Counted from the first letter of the whole stretch, positions 1 through 14,300 are shown. The stretch: DNA of 63,470 bases, filler included, from Octopus bimaculoides (GCF_001194135.2; 6 parts of 4 records of this genome joined end to end with filler, not necessarily neighbours in it); one strand, 5' to 3'. Translations and numbers: made by a program. Notes: a model not told the origin generated them from the sequence alone.

Positions 1-87
<87 letters not shown>

Positions 88-125
88 CAAGAAGAACAAG
101 AGGAGGAGGAGGAGGAGGAGGAGGA
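1..125. repeat. compound (TAA)n(GAA)n(GAG)n microsatellite
   Basis: Read directly from the sequence. Confidence 0.98.
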
Positions 126-1384
126 GATATGACTATGATCATATATAAGGATGCATGCATATATGAATGGGCATATATATGTATATATGTAGCTAAAACT
201 CGAAATACAAAGCGATATTTTATTCATATTTCACTGCTGTCTCTTCTTACAACTTGTCACACCAGTCATCTCTCCTTAAGTAACCCAAGCCCACCACTTA
301 CTCTAGTATTCTTCTTTCAAAACCCACACCTCACTTTCACATACATATAATATTTCGTAAGTGAATAGTACTTTATATTAATTAAAAAAACTGCACTTAA
401 CACATTCATTACCAAGTAAGCATCTCGATATTGCTCATCGTCATAGAATTCCAAAGCAGCTAAGGACACTCATATACAAACTCATAATTAGATCAGAACA
501 CCAGCCTAAACACCGTTGCTTCATTGGCGATAAAACCGGATTTCACTAAATAAATACTTATTGTACTCAATCTGACATTATTCAGCCAGGATTTTCTGTA
601 CTCTGAATGTGTTCCATATTTTCCATTAATTAATGTACTCCTTATTACTGTAAAGTTATCCCTATTTTTTAGAATATACACTGTAAACGGATATTCCGGA
701 ACCAATATATTCAGCAGTGCTGATAAAGGGCTTCATTTATTAAAACTACGCTTAAATCAATATTTTTAATCACTGGGTCAAAATGACTATAAGAGTTGCT
801 CATCCAAGGATCTGAGAACCAGGTATGAGTGTTGCTCAAAGAACGTGTACATTTCACTCAGTGATGCATTGATTTTAGAGGAATTTATAGTGAATATTTT
901 AACGACGCCATCAGTAAATAATATCCTGTTTCGGTTTTAGAGTATTCATGTCATAATTGTTATATCTTTCATGGTCTGAAGTCCAGTGGTTCTCAAGCGG
1001 AGTCCACATGACCAACGGGGTGTCCATATCCGAGTTAGTTGTTATAAATTATATGCAATAAATCATATATTTCTACAATACAGAAAATATTTTAACAATT
1101 TTTAGATACAATACCTACTAGAATTTAATTATAAAAATATGTTAATCTTTTTAAATTTCAAATGCGTTTGGGGGTCCAGTACAGTAAAGTAGGAACGAAA
1201 GGGATCCATAAGCGAAAACTGGTTAAGAACTCCTATGATGAGGAACTTCGCGTTTAATATGTTTAAGGGTTCCTCTTACAGGTGGAGGGAAGACCGGGAA
1301 TTTATTTTAAAGGATTTCATGAGTTTAGACTCTGTTACAGAGACATAAAGGATAGGTAATGATATTAACATGGATTTAGTCCAC

Positions 1385-1545
1385 GGAGGCGTGACTGTGG
1401 GGTACGAAGCTTGCTTCCCAACCACATGGTACTGGGTTCAGTCCCACTGCGGGGTACTTTGTACAGGTATCTTCTTCTATAGCCTCGGGCCGACCAAAGC
1501 CTTATGAATGGATTTTGTAAACGGAAACTGGAAGAAGCCCGTCGT
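1385..1545 (+). mobile_element. SINE family A (tRNA head plus CORE-like body)
   Basis: A box TGACTGTGG, B box GGTTCAGTCC, body ...CTATAGCCTCGGGCCGACCAAAGCC. Other copies at about 4712-4800(+), 7819-7925(+), 10218-10300(+), 23945-23984(+). Confidence 0.8.
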
Positions 1546-2096
1546 ATATATATATATATATATATATATATNNNNNNNNNNNNNNNNNNNNNNNNNNNNN
1601 NNNNNNNNNNNNNNNNNNNNNNNNNNNNNNNNNNNNNNNNNNNNNNNNNNNNNNNNNNNNNNNNNNNNNNNNNNNNNNNNNNNNNNNNNNNNNNNNNNNN
1701 NNNNNNNNNNNNNNNNNNNNNNNNNNNNNNNNNNNNNNNNNNNNNNNNNNNNNNNNNNNNNNNNNNNNNNNNNNNNNNNNNNNNNNNNNNNNNNNNNNNN
1801 NNNNNNNNNNNNNNNNNNNNNNNNNNNNNNNNNNNNNNNNNNNNNNNNNNNNNNNNNNNNNNNNNNNNNNNNNNNNNNNNNNNNNNNNNNNNNNNNNNNN
1901 NNNNNNNNNNNNNNNNNNNNNNNNNNNGTAAAAGAATAAAAGAATAAAAGAATAAACTAGCTGACATTTTTCTCAGGCTTGCAATGCCAACATAAATACA
2001 GACAATTGACTAGGGATATGGAAAATATGAAAACATAGTCACATGGTGGACGTGAAGTCTTTAGCGCTGATAATCAATACTTCAATGTTGCATATA

Positions 2097-2412
2097 TGTA
2101 AGGCGGTGAGCTGGCGGAAACGTTAGCACGCCGAGCGAAATGCTTAGCGATATATTTTCCTCTGTCTTTACGGTCTAAGTTCAAATTCCGCCGAGGTCGA
2201 CTTTGCTTTTCATCCTTTCGGGGGTCGATAAATTAAGTACCAGTTGCGTACTGGAGTAAATCTAATCGACTGGCCCCCTCCATAAAAAAGTTCGGGCCTT
2301 GTGCCAAGAGTAGAAAAGATTATAAAATAAATACCAGTTGAGCACTGGATTCGATGTAATCAACTAGCCCCTCCCCTTAAAACTGTTGGCTTTGTTCCGA
2401 AACTTGAAACAA
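2097..2412 (+). mobile_element. SINE family B (full copy plus a second tail)
   Basis: AGGCGGTGAGCTGGC...GTTCAAATTCCGCCGAGGTCGACTTTGC-TTTCATCCTTTCGGGGTCGATAAA; the core resembles the Meta-type SINE domain (recall). Confidence 0.85.
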
Positions 2413-2627
2413 TTATGTTTGGGGTGTGTTATTCATATAATGCGCACATTTACGTGCATAAAAGATGGTTATTGTTTTCCTAGATGACTGAAAGAAAAAA
2501 TATGCTTCGACAAAGACAAGAAAATATCCCAATAAATTGATAACATTCAAAATCCGTTTTATTGCTAAAGAAGCACAGTTTGTGTTTGTTAGATTAGTAT
2601 CAATAATCCTTTCTAATATAGGTACAA

Positions 2628-3560
2628 GGCCTTGGATTTGTGGGGAGAGATTATAGTTGATCATATGCACCTTAGTACTTTACTGGTTCTTGATTTATCG
2701 ACACCAAAACGATGAAAGGCAAAGTCGACGTCGGCGGAATTTGAACTCAGAACGAAAAGGCGGACAAAATCCCACTAATTTTGGCCGGTGTCTTAATGAT
2801 TCTGCAAGCTCAATGCCTTTAATAATTCTTACTACTACAGGTACAAGGCCTGAAATTTCGGGTGAGGAGTATAGTCAGTTACATCAACCCCAGTTGGTAG
2901 AATCGCTACTACGCTGGCAAGATGTTTAGCCGCATTTTTTCGGACTCTTCACGTTCTCCTTGCAAACCCGAAATAGACCATGGCGGAATTTGAACTCAGA
3001 AAATAAAATACCACTAAGCACTTTGCTCTGCGTGCTAACGATTCTGCCAGGTCGCCGACTTTAGATTCGTATCAAAAATGCCAAGATTTCATTTCAGGTG
3101 CTGAGCACTACATGCTCCTCTGCACCATTCTAACTACCACTGGGAGAAATGCCGTCCAGATAGAATATATCTTTGAAAAATATTAATTTCATACAAAGAC
3201 TGAAGGATAAACAATTGCTGGGATGAATTAAGCAGTTATGGTAATTTATTTCAACGATCTTGGAATGATGAAAAGCAAATTTGAACTCAGCCGAATGTGA
3301 GCAGAGGACATTAGAGCAGAACACATACTATTTCGTCTAGTAATCTATTCTAAATTTAGCAAAGTCCAGCAAATTTGAGAGAATAGAGAAGCCGTTTATA
3401 ATGGCCCCAGTACACAACTGGTACTTATTTTATCTATCCCGAAAGAATGACAGGAAAAGTTGACTTTTGCGGCGTTTTAACTCAGAATGTCGAGAGCCAT
3501 GAAAGAATTCAGCAAAGCATTTTGTTCGGCGTGGTAACGATTCTGCCAGAAGTTTGTGGG
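2628..3560 (-). mobile_element. cluster of 3-4 SINE family B copies
   Basis: Repeated GATGAAAGGCAAAGTCGAC/GGAATTTGAACTCAGAA at about 2715, 2985, 3280 and 3450. Confidence 0.75.
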
Positions 3561-5012
3561 AGCAATAAAATTAATAATAATTCCATTTTAAGCCAGAACG
3601 GCGTCAAACGTTTGAGATAAGACAAAGTGGAAATACAAAACAAAAAGAGCTGTAGGATGTTTACGTCGAGAAACGGAGTTTGAAATATATATAGTAACAA
3701 TGAGGACACAGTGATATATACATAACAAAGTTTAAACTAATAATAAAGAGCAACAATATAACATGAATCCTCAAAACGCAGGCGCTAATTCTAAGTATTC
3801 CACACACAATCCCTAATTTTTCAGATACAACATTGCCAACTTAAGCCACACAGTAAAAATAGACCAATAAATAGCATGCACATATACAATTCATACAATA
3901 CATACTCTACAGAATTACTATCAAATACTATAACGCAATCCAGACAATACACAATCTATGCAATCAATACACGATAAATATCACAACATAACTTTATATG
4001 TGCTCATTCCCCATGAAAACTGAATATATTTTAGGATTCTAGCTATTACAGCTGCTCTAATGAGTCCATTCACAATTTTGTTGAATTGAATTAGAAATAG
4101 TTACAAAAGTTATGGACGATCTCTATGCCATATTCTGTCTATTGATAATTTAGTCCAAAAGATAATAGCAATTTGAAGAACCTCCTAAATCTACACTTTA
4201 ATTCCATTGTGATATCTATATGAATATGGGCTTAGTCATTTGAGCCAAAGATATTCTCAGAAGTGGAAAAGTAATTAGAAATGAAAATATGAAAATATTA
4301 AGTTAGATTTTCACAGAGAAATCAGATATTTAGAATGGAAATATCAGTATACGTACTCAGGGACTATATGATATTGATATGGCACAACAAATAGAAATGA
4401 AGACGAAAATTATTAAAATGAAAATACTTAGAAGTGTCAGGTTAGTGTTAAAATACTGAACTCGATATCAGAAATGAGATTAGAGAAATTAATACATTAG
4501 CCATATCAGGTAGGATAAGATACTGATCTGAATAGCAAAGCATTACAAAGAAATTACAGAAAAGTTAGGCACAGATATTTAGGAAATAAAAAAAATACAA
4601 AAAGAAATTTCTCTGCAGATAGGTAAAACAAAGATTGAACACTATAAGCCGATTAATTTAAAGATATGAGATGTAGATGAAAGCAAAGCATCAAAATAGT
4701 TCTTGGTGACAAATTGGCTGCAAACATTACTGTCTCGTTAAGAAGTTTGCCTTCAGTTACATGGTCCCGGGTTCAATTTCACTGGGTGGTACTTTTGTAG
4801 TAAAGCGTGGTCAAAATGACTTAGGTGGTGTGGTGTCTGCCACTGAAGAAGAAACATTAAACAAAAACAGTTGTGTCCGACGGTCCGCTAACATAATTTT
4901 GAATGCGATTTTTAACACATGAAATTTGGACTCCGAGAGTAAACCCCGCTGCAAGTGTGAGTTATAAATGATATACACATCATTGTTTTTTTTTGGAACA
5001 CAAACACATGCA

Positions 5013-5047
<35 letters not shown>

Positions 5048-5064
5048 GTTCACATACACACACG

Positions 5065-5096
<32 letters not shown>

Positions 5097-5439
5097 TACT
5101 ACAATACTATGAAACTTATGGACATTTTCCTTTCTAATCTCCACGAGAAGCGGAAAGTTCAACAGCGCAATTTTTACCTACGTTTATGAAGTTTGCTGTA
5201 CATCAACGCGTTTTCCTTAGGCTGCTCATTTTGGTTGTGGTTCTTGCAGAATTTCATGTTGATTTTGAATTGGTGTGAGAAAAATTCTTTCCTTGTCTGC
5301 TGTACCAACTTTTTCACCATAGTTCCTCATACAAAGAAAAGCTTGGTAAAAGTAGTATACATCAAATGTATGTTGTTGTTGTCCAAGCGAAAAATGGTGA
5401 GGTTTAAGTAAAATTGCCGATGCTCTTGAGAAATACCAA

Positions 5440-6063
5440 CACTTTCCACAATAGCTACGTGGCCTCAAATTTTGTGGGAGGGAAAATTCGATTACTGTGA
5501 GCGCAGCGTTTGGTTGGTAGTTAATTTATCAACTACGAAAGGATAAAAGGCAAAGTCGACCCTGGAAGAATTTAAACTTAAAACGACTCTGCCAACTAGC
5601 CATCTTAACGACAACAACAATAATAATACTTTCCGCGAAAGGCACAAAGCCTGAAATTTGGTGTGTGGGTGGGGATAAGTCGATTACATAGACCCTAGTG
5701 TTTCATTGGTAGTTAATTCATGGATCCCGTAAGGATGAAAGACAAAGTCAACTTCGGCGGAATTTGAACACACAACATAGAGACGGACGAAATACCACTA
5801 AGTATTTTGCCAGGTATGTTAACGACTCAGTCAGCTCACCGCCTTCATAATGATAATGTTTCCGAATTTCGACACAAGGCCAGCAAATTTCAGAGAGGAG
5901 GGTAAGGCAAATACATCGACTCAGGTTTCAACTGGTATTTATTTCAACGACACCAAAAGGATGAAATGCAAAATCGATCTCGGTGATATTTGAAATCTGA
6001 ACATGAAGACGGACGGAATGCGGCTAAGCATTTTCTCCAGCGTGCCAAAGATTCTGCCAGCTC

Positions 6064-6113
<50 letters not shown>

Positions 6114-6258
6114 TTCTACTGAAGGCACAAGGTCTCAAATTTGGGGAAAGTGATTAAGTCGATTAGATCGACCCCGAAAGGATGAAAGTCAAAGTCGACT
6201 CAGGCGGCATTTGAACTCAGAACGTAAAGACAGACGAAATACCGCTAAGCATTTCACC
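5440..6258 (-). mobile_element. tandem array of four SINE family B copies with a (TAA)n spacer
   Basis: Four head-to-tail units starting at about 5440, 5615, 5860 and 6110. Confidence 0.8.
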
Positions 6259-6309
6259 NNNNNNNNNNNNNNNNNNNNNNNNNNNNNNNNNNNNNNNNNN
6301 NNNNNNNNN

Positions 6310-6315
6310 TAATAA

Positions 6316-6373
<58 letters not shown>

Positions 6374-6386
6374 AGTAGTAGTAGTA

Positions 6387-6458
<72 letters not shown>

Positions 6459-6510
6459 GCAACAACAACAACAACAACGATAACAAGAATAATAACAACA
6501 ACAATAATAA
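6310..6510. repeat. compound (TAG)n(TAA)n(CAA)n microsatellite
   Basis: Read directly from the sequence. Confidence 0.98.
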
Positions 6511-7925
6511 TGTATTTCACAATTGTTGCAACACTTGTGCGATCGATATAATAGTGTGCCGTGTTTAACTGACATTTATGTTACATTATCATGTGTAAAT
6601 AACAGGTAAGCCGCCTCGGAGATTCCGTATATTGGATAACAGCCACCCTAAATCGGATTGCTTGCTATTTCATCCCCCGGAGAATCACATTCTTTACCAT
6701 ACACATTTTAAAAGTCAGATACAATACCTTTCAATTCATTTTGTGAATGGAAACAGCCACTTAGTTTTTTAAGTTGTTTCATTCATCTTTAGGGATTGTC
6801 TCTAATAGTAGTACATTCGAATCGCAGCATACTACCTTCCTAAAACTTCCCATCGCTCTTTCTTTCTTCTACCGGCCTGGTTCGTCGTGCCATAAAAGGT
6901 TTGTTCTGCTGTAAATCATTTTAGACAGGGGTATTATAGTAAAGGCGAAGTTGGCGTACGCTTCTGTAATGTTACACGTGTTGTTACAGATCAGAATGCA
7001 ATAAAAGATAATATTTGCCCATTAACTCCGGTTTCTCTCAATTTGAAATGATAGCAATCATAAATAGCAAACTACACCAACACTACCTCTTGAAAACATC
7101 TCGTAAATCCCCTGGGATATTCTTCAATTCAAAAACGAAATATTCCGTAAATCTTTCTACATTACATTATATATTCTATTATAGATTTTCTTAACTTCCC
7201 CAAAGTTTAGTATACAAGTGAACTCTTTCATAACATTTAAATATAGCATGATACATTGGCCTACATTTCCGAAATTTGTACCCATGATCATTTTTCCTTC
7301 ACTTCTATACACAGGCAATACGTCAAACCACCCTCTTTCTTCATCTATTATTATTCATCCATTATTATTATGGTTCTTCGAAAGAAATACCTGAGCATAT
7401 TCTCTTTCTCATTATCTTTGTTCGTTATCTTGATAGAGGGCTTTTATGTTCGAAACATCCATATTATTTTCCTTTTTCTCACGCAAATTTCTTGAGTTTA
7501 CATCCATATTTATTACATTTGTTCCTTTAATATCAGCCAACATATAATTTTCACTTCGATTTTAATAAACTAGAAACAGTTGGACAAAGCTAAACGATGT
7601 CGCAACATAACCAAGAATTATAATAAATGCTCAGAGTGTGGCCATTTAATTAGAGTTCGAGAAAACGCATTGTAGTAGACATTATAAATGAAAACTAATA
7701 GGGAAAGTGGAATAGATGCTTAAAAATATTTTGTTTATTTTGAAACGCTAAGACTATATATATAAAAGTTATACCACACAACGCTTCGCAAAAAACTAAT
7801 TCAATTTATATATATAGCAGGAGTGGCTGTGTGGTAAGTAGCTTAGCTTATTTAACAATCACATGGTTCCTGGTGCAGTCCTACTGCGTGGCACCTTGGA
7901 CAAGTGTCTTCTGCTATAGCCTCGG

Positions 7926-8465
7926 TGTGTGGGATGGTGATGTGTGGTGCGGTGTGGTCGTTTTGGAGTGTGGTGGAAGCGAGGGTGGGAGAAGTAAGGG
8001 TGGGTGGGAGCATGGATGGGGGAAGCAAGGGTTGGGGAAGNNNNNNNNNNATGAGGTGGGATGGGATGTATAGTGATGGTGGGGTTCGAATGTGTATGCG
8101 TGGTGTTGGAATGTGTAGGGGTGGGATAACGATGGAGGGGGTGACGATGAAGGGGAGTGTCGAAGGGAGGACGGGTAGGAGTGTAGAGAGGAAGTAGGTG
8201 TCAGAGTAAGAGAGGAGGGTGGTAGTGAAGGGAGGAAGAAGGTGTGAGAGGAATTGAGGAGAGAGGAGGGGGTTAGATGAAGAGAGGAGGAGAGCTTTGC
8301 CCATTCGGTGCAAAGGAGCGAAGAGAGAAGTTTAATCCATGTTCACGGTAAAGACGGGAGTCTAGATGGCCCCTGTGTGAGGACAATCAGAATACAGACA
8401 GGTGTTGTAAAGAATGACCCTTAGAGCGGAAATGGTGCGAGACCGGAGTGTCGTTGCCGAGTCGT
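7926..8465 (-). mobile_element. Penelope-like element 3' end (GIY-YIG C-terminus plus pyrimidine-rich tail)
   Basis: IRLGNDTPVSHHFRSKGHSLQHLSVF*LSSHRGHLDSRLYREHGLNFSLRSFAPNGQSS parallels the C-terminus of the 54275-54619 GIY-YIG frame. Confidence 0.7.
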
Positions 8466-10527
8466 ATGTATGTGTGTATATATANNNNNNNNNNNNNNNN
8501 NNNNNNNNNNNNNNNNNNNNNNNNNNNNNNNNNNNNNNNNNNNNNNNNNNNNNNNNNNNNNNNNNNNNNNNNNNNNNNNNNNNNNNNNNNNNNNNNNNNN
8601 NNNNNNNNNNNNNNNNNNNNNNNNNNNNNNNNNNNNNNNNNNNNNNNNNNNNNNNNNNNNNNNNNNNNNNNNNNNNNNNNNNNNNNNNNNNNNNNNNNNN
8701 NNNNNNNNNNNNNNNNNNNNNNNNNNNNNNNNNNNNNNNNNNNNNNNNNNNNNNNNNNNNNNNNNNNNNNNNNNNNNNNNNNNNNNNNNNNNNNNNNNNN
8801 NNNNNNNNNNNNNNNNNNNNNNNNNNNNNNNNNNNNNNNNNNNNNNNNNNNNNNNNNNNNNNNNNNNNNNNNNNNNNNNNNNNNNNNNNNNNNNNNNNNN
8901 NNNNNNNNNNNNNNNNNNNNNNNNNNNNNNNNNNNNNNNNNNNNNNNNNNNNNNNNNNNNNNNNNNNNNNNNNNNNNNNNNNNNNNNNNNNNNNNNNNNN
9001 NNNNNNNNNNNNNNNNNNNNNNNNNNNNNNNNNNNNNNNNNNNNNNNNNNNNNNNNNNNNNNNNNNNNNNNNNNNNNNNNNNNNNNNNNNNNNNNNNNNN
9101 NNNNNNNNNNNNNNNNNNNNNNNNNNNNNNNNNNNNNNNNNNNNNNNNNNNNNNNNNNNNNNNNNNNNNNNNNNNNNNNNNNNNNNNNNNNNNNNNNNNN
9201 NNNNNNNNNNNNNNNNNNNNNNNNNNNNNNNNNNNNNNNNNNNNNNNNNNNNNNNNNNNNNNNNNNNNNNNNNNNNNNNNNNNNNNNNNNNNNNNNNNNN
9301 NNNNNNNNNNNNNNNNNNNNNNNNNNNNNNNNNNNNNNNNNNNNAAACTGTCGTATATTGAAGATAATTTAGGCAACCTATTAACTACATTTGAACCGTT
9401 CAAGAAAGATATCGAATGAATAGATATGAATATTCTCTATTTACGTTGAAAATTATTTTATATACATATAATTGCATATAAGTCTGCGCAGCTACAGAGT
9501 GAGAGAGAGAGGTTCGTATTGGTGTGTGTGTCTGTAGATGCATATTCATATGTGTTTGTTTGTGTTTCTCTGCACGTTACTATACTAAAAATTAGCAGCA
9601 TACCGACACAGCATGAGCGTAATGAAAATTTTCAATACTGAAGTACATTTCACATTGAAAACTTGCAAGCTGTGAATAGCTTATGAGTATATAGAATACT
9701 TCTCATCATTCAAATATGATGAAAGTAATTTGCACATTGCCGTTCGTTTGACAACCATTAACATATTACTGTACCCCAACTCATCACATACTGTTTGAAC
9801 GATAACGAATTTACCGATGTTTCAAGGTAGTTACAGTGAAATCGCAGTATATTCCCAAAGTTAAATTCAAACAAAGATACTGCGTAAGATTACATACGTC
9901 GATATATAATATTATATTTCATTAATAATGGCCAGAAGTTTGAGAGTAACTCAAGGGCCGAGAGTTTCGAGCATTGGCACTTATCAAACAGATTTCAAAT
10001 TAAAGGCTTTACATTTATAGGCCGCTGATAATGAAATTCCCCTTACAATCTCACGTGGATAATGAATATCTTTCAAATGGGTTGCCCGTTACGCATTTCA
10101 AGAATAAATATATAAATAAATAAATAAACAAACAAAGAAAATTTTAAGTATATGTATGCATATACAAGTATTTGGGTACAGAAGATTATATTAGTTAATA
10201 AAATTATAAACAGGCGCAGGAGTGACGGCGTGGTAGGAAGCTTGCTTCCCAGCTACATGGTTCTGGGTTCAGTCCCACTGCAAGCCACCTTGAGAAAGTT
10301 TCTTCTAATATATTTTGGATGGTCCAAAACTCGGATCCTAGATTATCCATTCTGGGTTGTCCATTTTTCCGATGTTCTTCCTAGACATAAGACGAATTTT
10401 TTTTAAAGTTCGCTGCCTGCGTACATCTTTGCCAGTATATATTTCAATAAAACTTTACATAGCTTCGTATCGCTATCGACTGCTATTTCCAGTAAACATT
10501 GATTTTTTGTTGTACCACTATTTCTTT

Positions 10528-10569
<42 letters not shown>

Positions 10570-10570
<1 letters not shown>

Positions 10571-10725
10571 CCGATTTCCACGCGGTGTCCGTCTACGACA
10601 TTCACTCTTTTGGTTTTGATTGACTCGGAGCTACGATCGAAGACATTTGCCCAAAGTGCCGCACAGTGGGACTGAATCTGAAAACACGTGACTACAAACC
10701 GACCTTCTTAACTACATAACCTTTC
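10570..10725 (-). mobile_element. SINE family A
   Basis: Reverse complement of the family A body. Confidence 0.65.
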
Positions 10726-11584
10726 TTGCACCTATTTACAAACAAATGATAGGAAACTTGGAATCAAGCTGAGATAAACGGACACTCGAGCAACACGTCT
10801 ATGCTACATTTATATACTTCACGATAGTAATCATATTTAAAATAGTCTGATAAATTTAGCAATAATATCGAACTGAATACAATTATTGTTATTAATTTCG
10901 TCCTTGTTTTGAAATCGATATATTATCTTCATGATTATATTAAGTTTCTATTAATTGCTATAATATTTTCTAATATTTACTTCCACTTAAAATTCTTCAA
11001 CAAACAGTTTCTCATCATAGATCAATAAATCTATAGGCTCGACATGGCCTTCGATTAATATTCCGCCAAATTAAGAATTCTATTTTTAACTGGAAGTGTA
11101 TAAATTCAATCAAACAGTAACTTAATTATATTTATCTCTTGAACACGACGTGCTACGATAAAGCAACGTTAAACGACTTTGGTTTAATTTATTAACTATG
11201 CACTGAATAATATTTATTGGATAATCTGGGGTTTAGAGTAACTGTATCTACACTTCTAGTGTAGCTACAAAATGTAATCAACTGTTTATATCTCTCGGAG
11301 AGTAGAACAATTGTGGGACTCTCTTGCATAGTTTCATTTTCTTTTAGAGATTCATCAGAGAAAAAACTGAACACATTTCGCGCTCATAGATTCCGGGTTC
11401 CAAATTTACACATTGCATCGTTTTTCCAGACCCAATATTTCCAGAAATAATTGATCAAATGTATTTCTTCTTTCTGAAGATGGTAAGAATAATTAGGGGA
11501 AACTTTGGTTGGTGTACTTACAATGTAGAGGGTCTCTCACTGGCTCGAGAATGTTTAGTTATGGTAAATGTGATCAATACTTTA

Positions 11585-11960
11585 CCTTATGTATTAGTTT
11601 CAACTTAGTCTGGCAAGTTGGGGAGCAGGAGTACGTCGATTACCTCCACTTCAGTGCTCAGCCTCGGTGGAATTTGAACTCAGAATGTACAAACGGATGA
11701 CATGCCGCTAAGCATCTTACTTGGCGCCGTAACAGTCCTGCCATCTCGCCGTCTTCTTTACCTCATGTATTGCTCTATCATATTAGCACAAGGCCAGCAA
11801 GTTCGCAAGAGTGGAAAAGTCACTTACATCAATCCCAGTGCTCAACTGGTATTATTTCATCGATGAAGGCAAAGTGGAGCCCGGTGGGAGTTGAACCTAG
11901 AACGTAAAGGCTGATGAAATGCCGCTAAGCATTCTAACGATTCGGTAACATCGTTGCCTT
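11585..11960 (-). mobile_element. two tandem SINE family B copies
   Basis: Family B motifs at 11585-11755 and 11785-11960. Confidence 0.75.
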
Positions 11961-12396
11961 CTTTACCTCATATTTTGAAAACAGATATTTCAGAAATACA
12001 CTAATACTTTTCGACTATGTCTATCGTTAATTTTCTAAGGTTAAAATCTTATCTAATTTTAATTATCATTAGTGCAAACATTCTGGATTTCTGGAGAATG
12101 AAAAGAGATGACTTAGTTAAGATTGAAATGTAAACACTTGTATAAAACTTATTTGAAAAAGCATTTAATCCGACGCACTATCATAATTGCCGACTGATTG
12201 TTTTAACTGAATGATAACATCACTTATTGGCACGGCGTAGATAATAGTTTTTGAGGGGTTAATCGACTGAACTGTAATTTATCGAGAAATAAAATCCGAA
12301 GTAGTTTCGAACAAGGTGTGAGCTCAAAATATAGAAGGTTGTAAGACAATACTACAAAGAATTTTGTTATTTATGATGTATTTTAATTGATGGTTA

Positions 12397-12434
<38 letters not shown>

Positions 12435-12564
12435 GTGTGTATGTGCGTGTGTGTGTGTGTGTGCGCACGCATGTGCGTTTGTATATATATGTATGGATGT
12501 AAGTATAGTTACGCTTTCATTTATGTATGTACACACACACATATATATATTATATAATATAAAT

Positions 12565-12678
12565 GGAGTGGCTGTGTGGCAAGAAGCTTGCTTTCCAACT
12601 ACATGGTTCCGGGTTCAGTCCCAGTGCATGCCACCTTGGGTAAGTGTCTTCTACTATAGCCTCGGGCCGACTTAAGCC
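12565..12678 (+). mobile_element. SINE family A
   Basis: GGAGTGGCTGTGTGG...GGTTCAGTCCC...CTATAGCCTCGGGCCGAC. Confidence 0.85.
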
Positions 12679-13284
12679 CGTTCATACGAGGGATTAATAA
12701 AAATAAGGACTACATACAAGAAATACGGTGAATGATATTTGTATTAACAGATACCCATGGAAATAACATTTATATAGCATTTGTGTATGCGTGTGTGTGT
12801 GTGTGTGTCTGTACACCGTTGTCTTTTCGTCTGACGTAGGCGGAACTATTTCTATCTTAACACATGGACAGGTTCGAGTGGCTCATACATGTTTCATTTT
12901 AATATACATGTGTATGTGTGTGTGTGTGTGTTTGTGTGTTTGTTATTCGTGTGTGTTATTAATGTATTTCTGTACAGTACTTGAATTTTCTTGACTCAGT
13001 TGGTCTTCGTACATTATATATAATAGTGTGAGCGCGGAATGTGTAAGTTTCCGTGATTTAGGTAAAAACAAGTGGAACTATAAACCTGTTTGCATAAAGG
13101 TAATAAATCTGAAAAAGAAAATTTACCAGATAACACTTCAAGATATTCAATTCTAGTGTTACACATAAAAATGTTAATGTAGTATAACGCGAATTTCTGC
13201 AAACATACTTCAACGCATCTTTACATAACCTTAACACCATTCAGAAAATCTAGAACCACTCCTGTTTATGATGTTCATAAATAA

Positions 13285-13470
13285 GGCTGCTGGAACGGCA
13301 GAATCGTTAAAGCAGAAAATGAAATGCGGTATTTAGTTTCAGCTCTTCATCTTCTGAGTTCAAATCCCGCCTAATCAACTTTGGCCATTAATCCTTCCTG
13401 AGGGTATCAAATAAAGTACTGGGGTCGACTTAATTGACAAACCACCGAGAAAATTTTAGGCCTTTGGACT
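13285..13470 (+). mobile_element. SINE family B, diverged
   Basis: GGCAGAATCGTTA...CTGAGTTCAAATCCCGCC. Confidence 0.6.
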
Positions 13471-14019
13471 GTTAGAAACGAGGTGATGACCTGGCAGATT
13501 TACGATGTCGGAGAAAATCTGTGCCATTTTCCTTCGAATCTTTATTATTCTGGGTACAAACACGCCTAATTCAGCATTGATTTGGGGTTAATAAAGTGAA
13601 GTAACAGTCACGTTATTTGACTTGCCCCCACCTCTAAAAGTTGCTGGCCTTGTACCTAAATTAGAAAGAGTTATTGTTCTTATCCTAGCTTCTAATGTCG
13701 GGCGAGAGCAAGCGATTTTTAGAGAAAGACTCGATTCCATCGAATACGAGTACCTGTTTGGAACTTTATCTATCGACCCATTTAAAAATCACCGATCGAA
13801 CTTGGGGAATATACCCTGCTCTATTTCTTTCAACTATTTGTATTCTGAATTCTATTCCCGTTAGGTTAACCTTCACGTTCATCCCATTAGATTCCGTGAA
13901 GTAAATACCATTGTTGAAGTACTAGGATTAATACTATCGACTAAAATACTCCCTCAATTCTTTCTTCTTCTTCTTCTTCTTCTTCTCCTTATTATTATTA
14001 TTATTATTATTATTATATT

Positions 14020-14300
14020 AAATCTCACAGCTTATTTTGTTGGGTATGACGGAAAGTGTCAGTCATCCATAGCCAGCAGATTAAGATAACACTTGTTTAC
14101 TGGTCACGCTTCAAAACCCCTGCGAAGATTTCATGCAGTTCCAAGCAATGCTGATTTTTGTAGGTGTTCTACTTTCATACTTGCACTGATCTTTTTCAAC
14201 CATGCTGGTAGTTGAGTGCCGATACTTCCAACTGCACCAATTACTATTGGTGTCACGTCTACTCACTTCATTGACCACAACCTTCGTATTTCCCACTTTA
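14020..14300 (-). mobile_element. R4/Dong-type non-LTR retrotransposon 3' end (RLE C-terminus plus 3' UTR)
   Basis: VTPIVIGAVGSIGTQLPAWLKKISASMKVEHLQKSALLGTA*NLRR; the 3' end abuts (TAA)n. Confidence 0.8.

Noticed and set aside
3650-4700. Possible ancient RTE/PLE remnants
   Set aside because: Only vague motif echoes; too decayed to assign.
6189-6575. Poly-Y/L/I/T, CV/TH and ER/LS ORFs throughout the window
   Set aside because: Translations of tri- and dinucleotide microsatellites.
493-7000. Exon-like open frames at about 500-720, 4810-4950, 5200-5400, 6606-6770 and 6850-6920
   Set aside because: Open on several frames or strands with no recognisable homology or consistent splice chain; unsupported without RNA data.
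8387-9419. Long ORFs (200-380 aa) here and at 1365, 19759, 35612, 36701, 45480 and 55902
   Set aside because: Composed of N runs and microsatellites.
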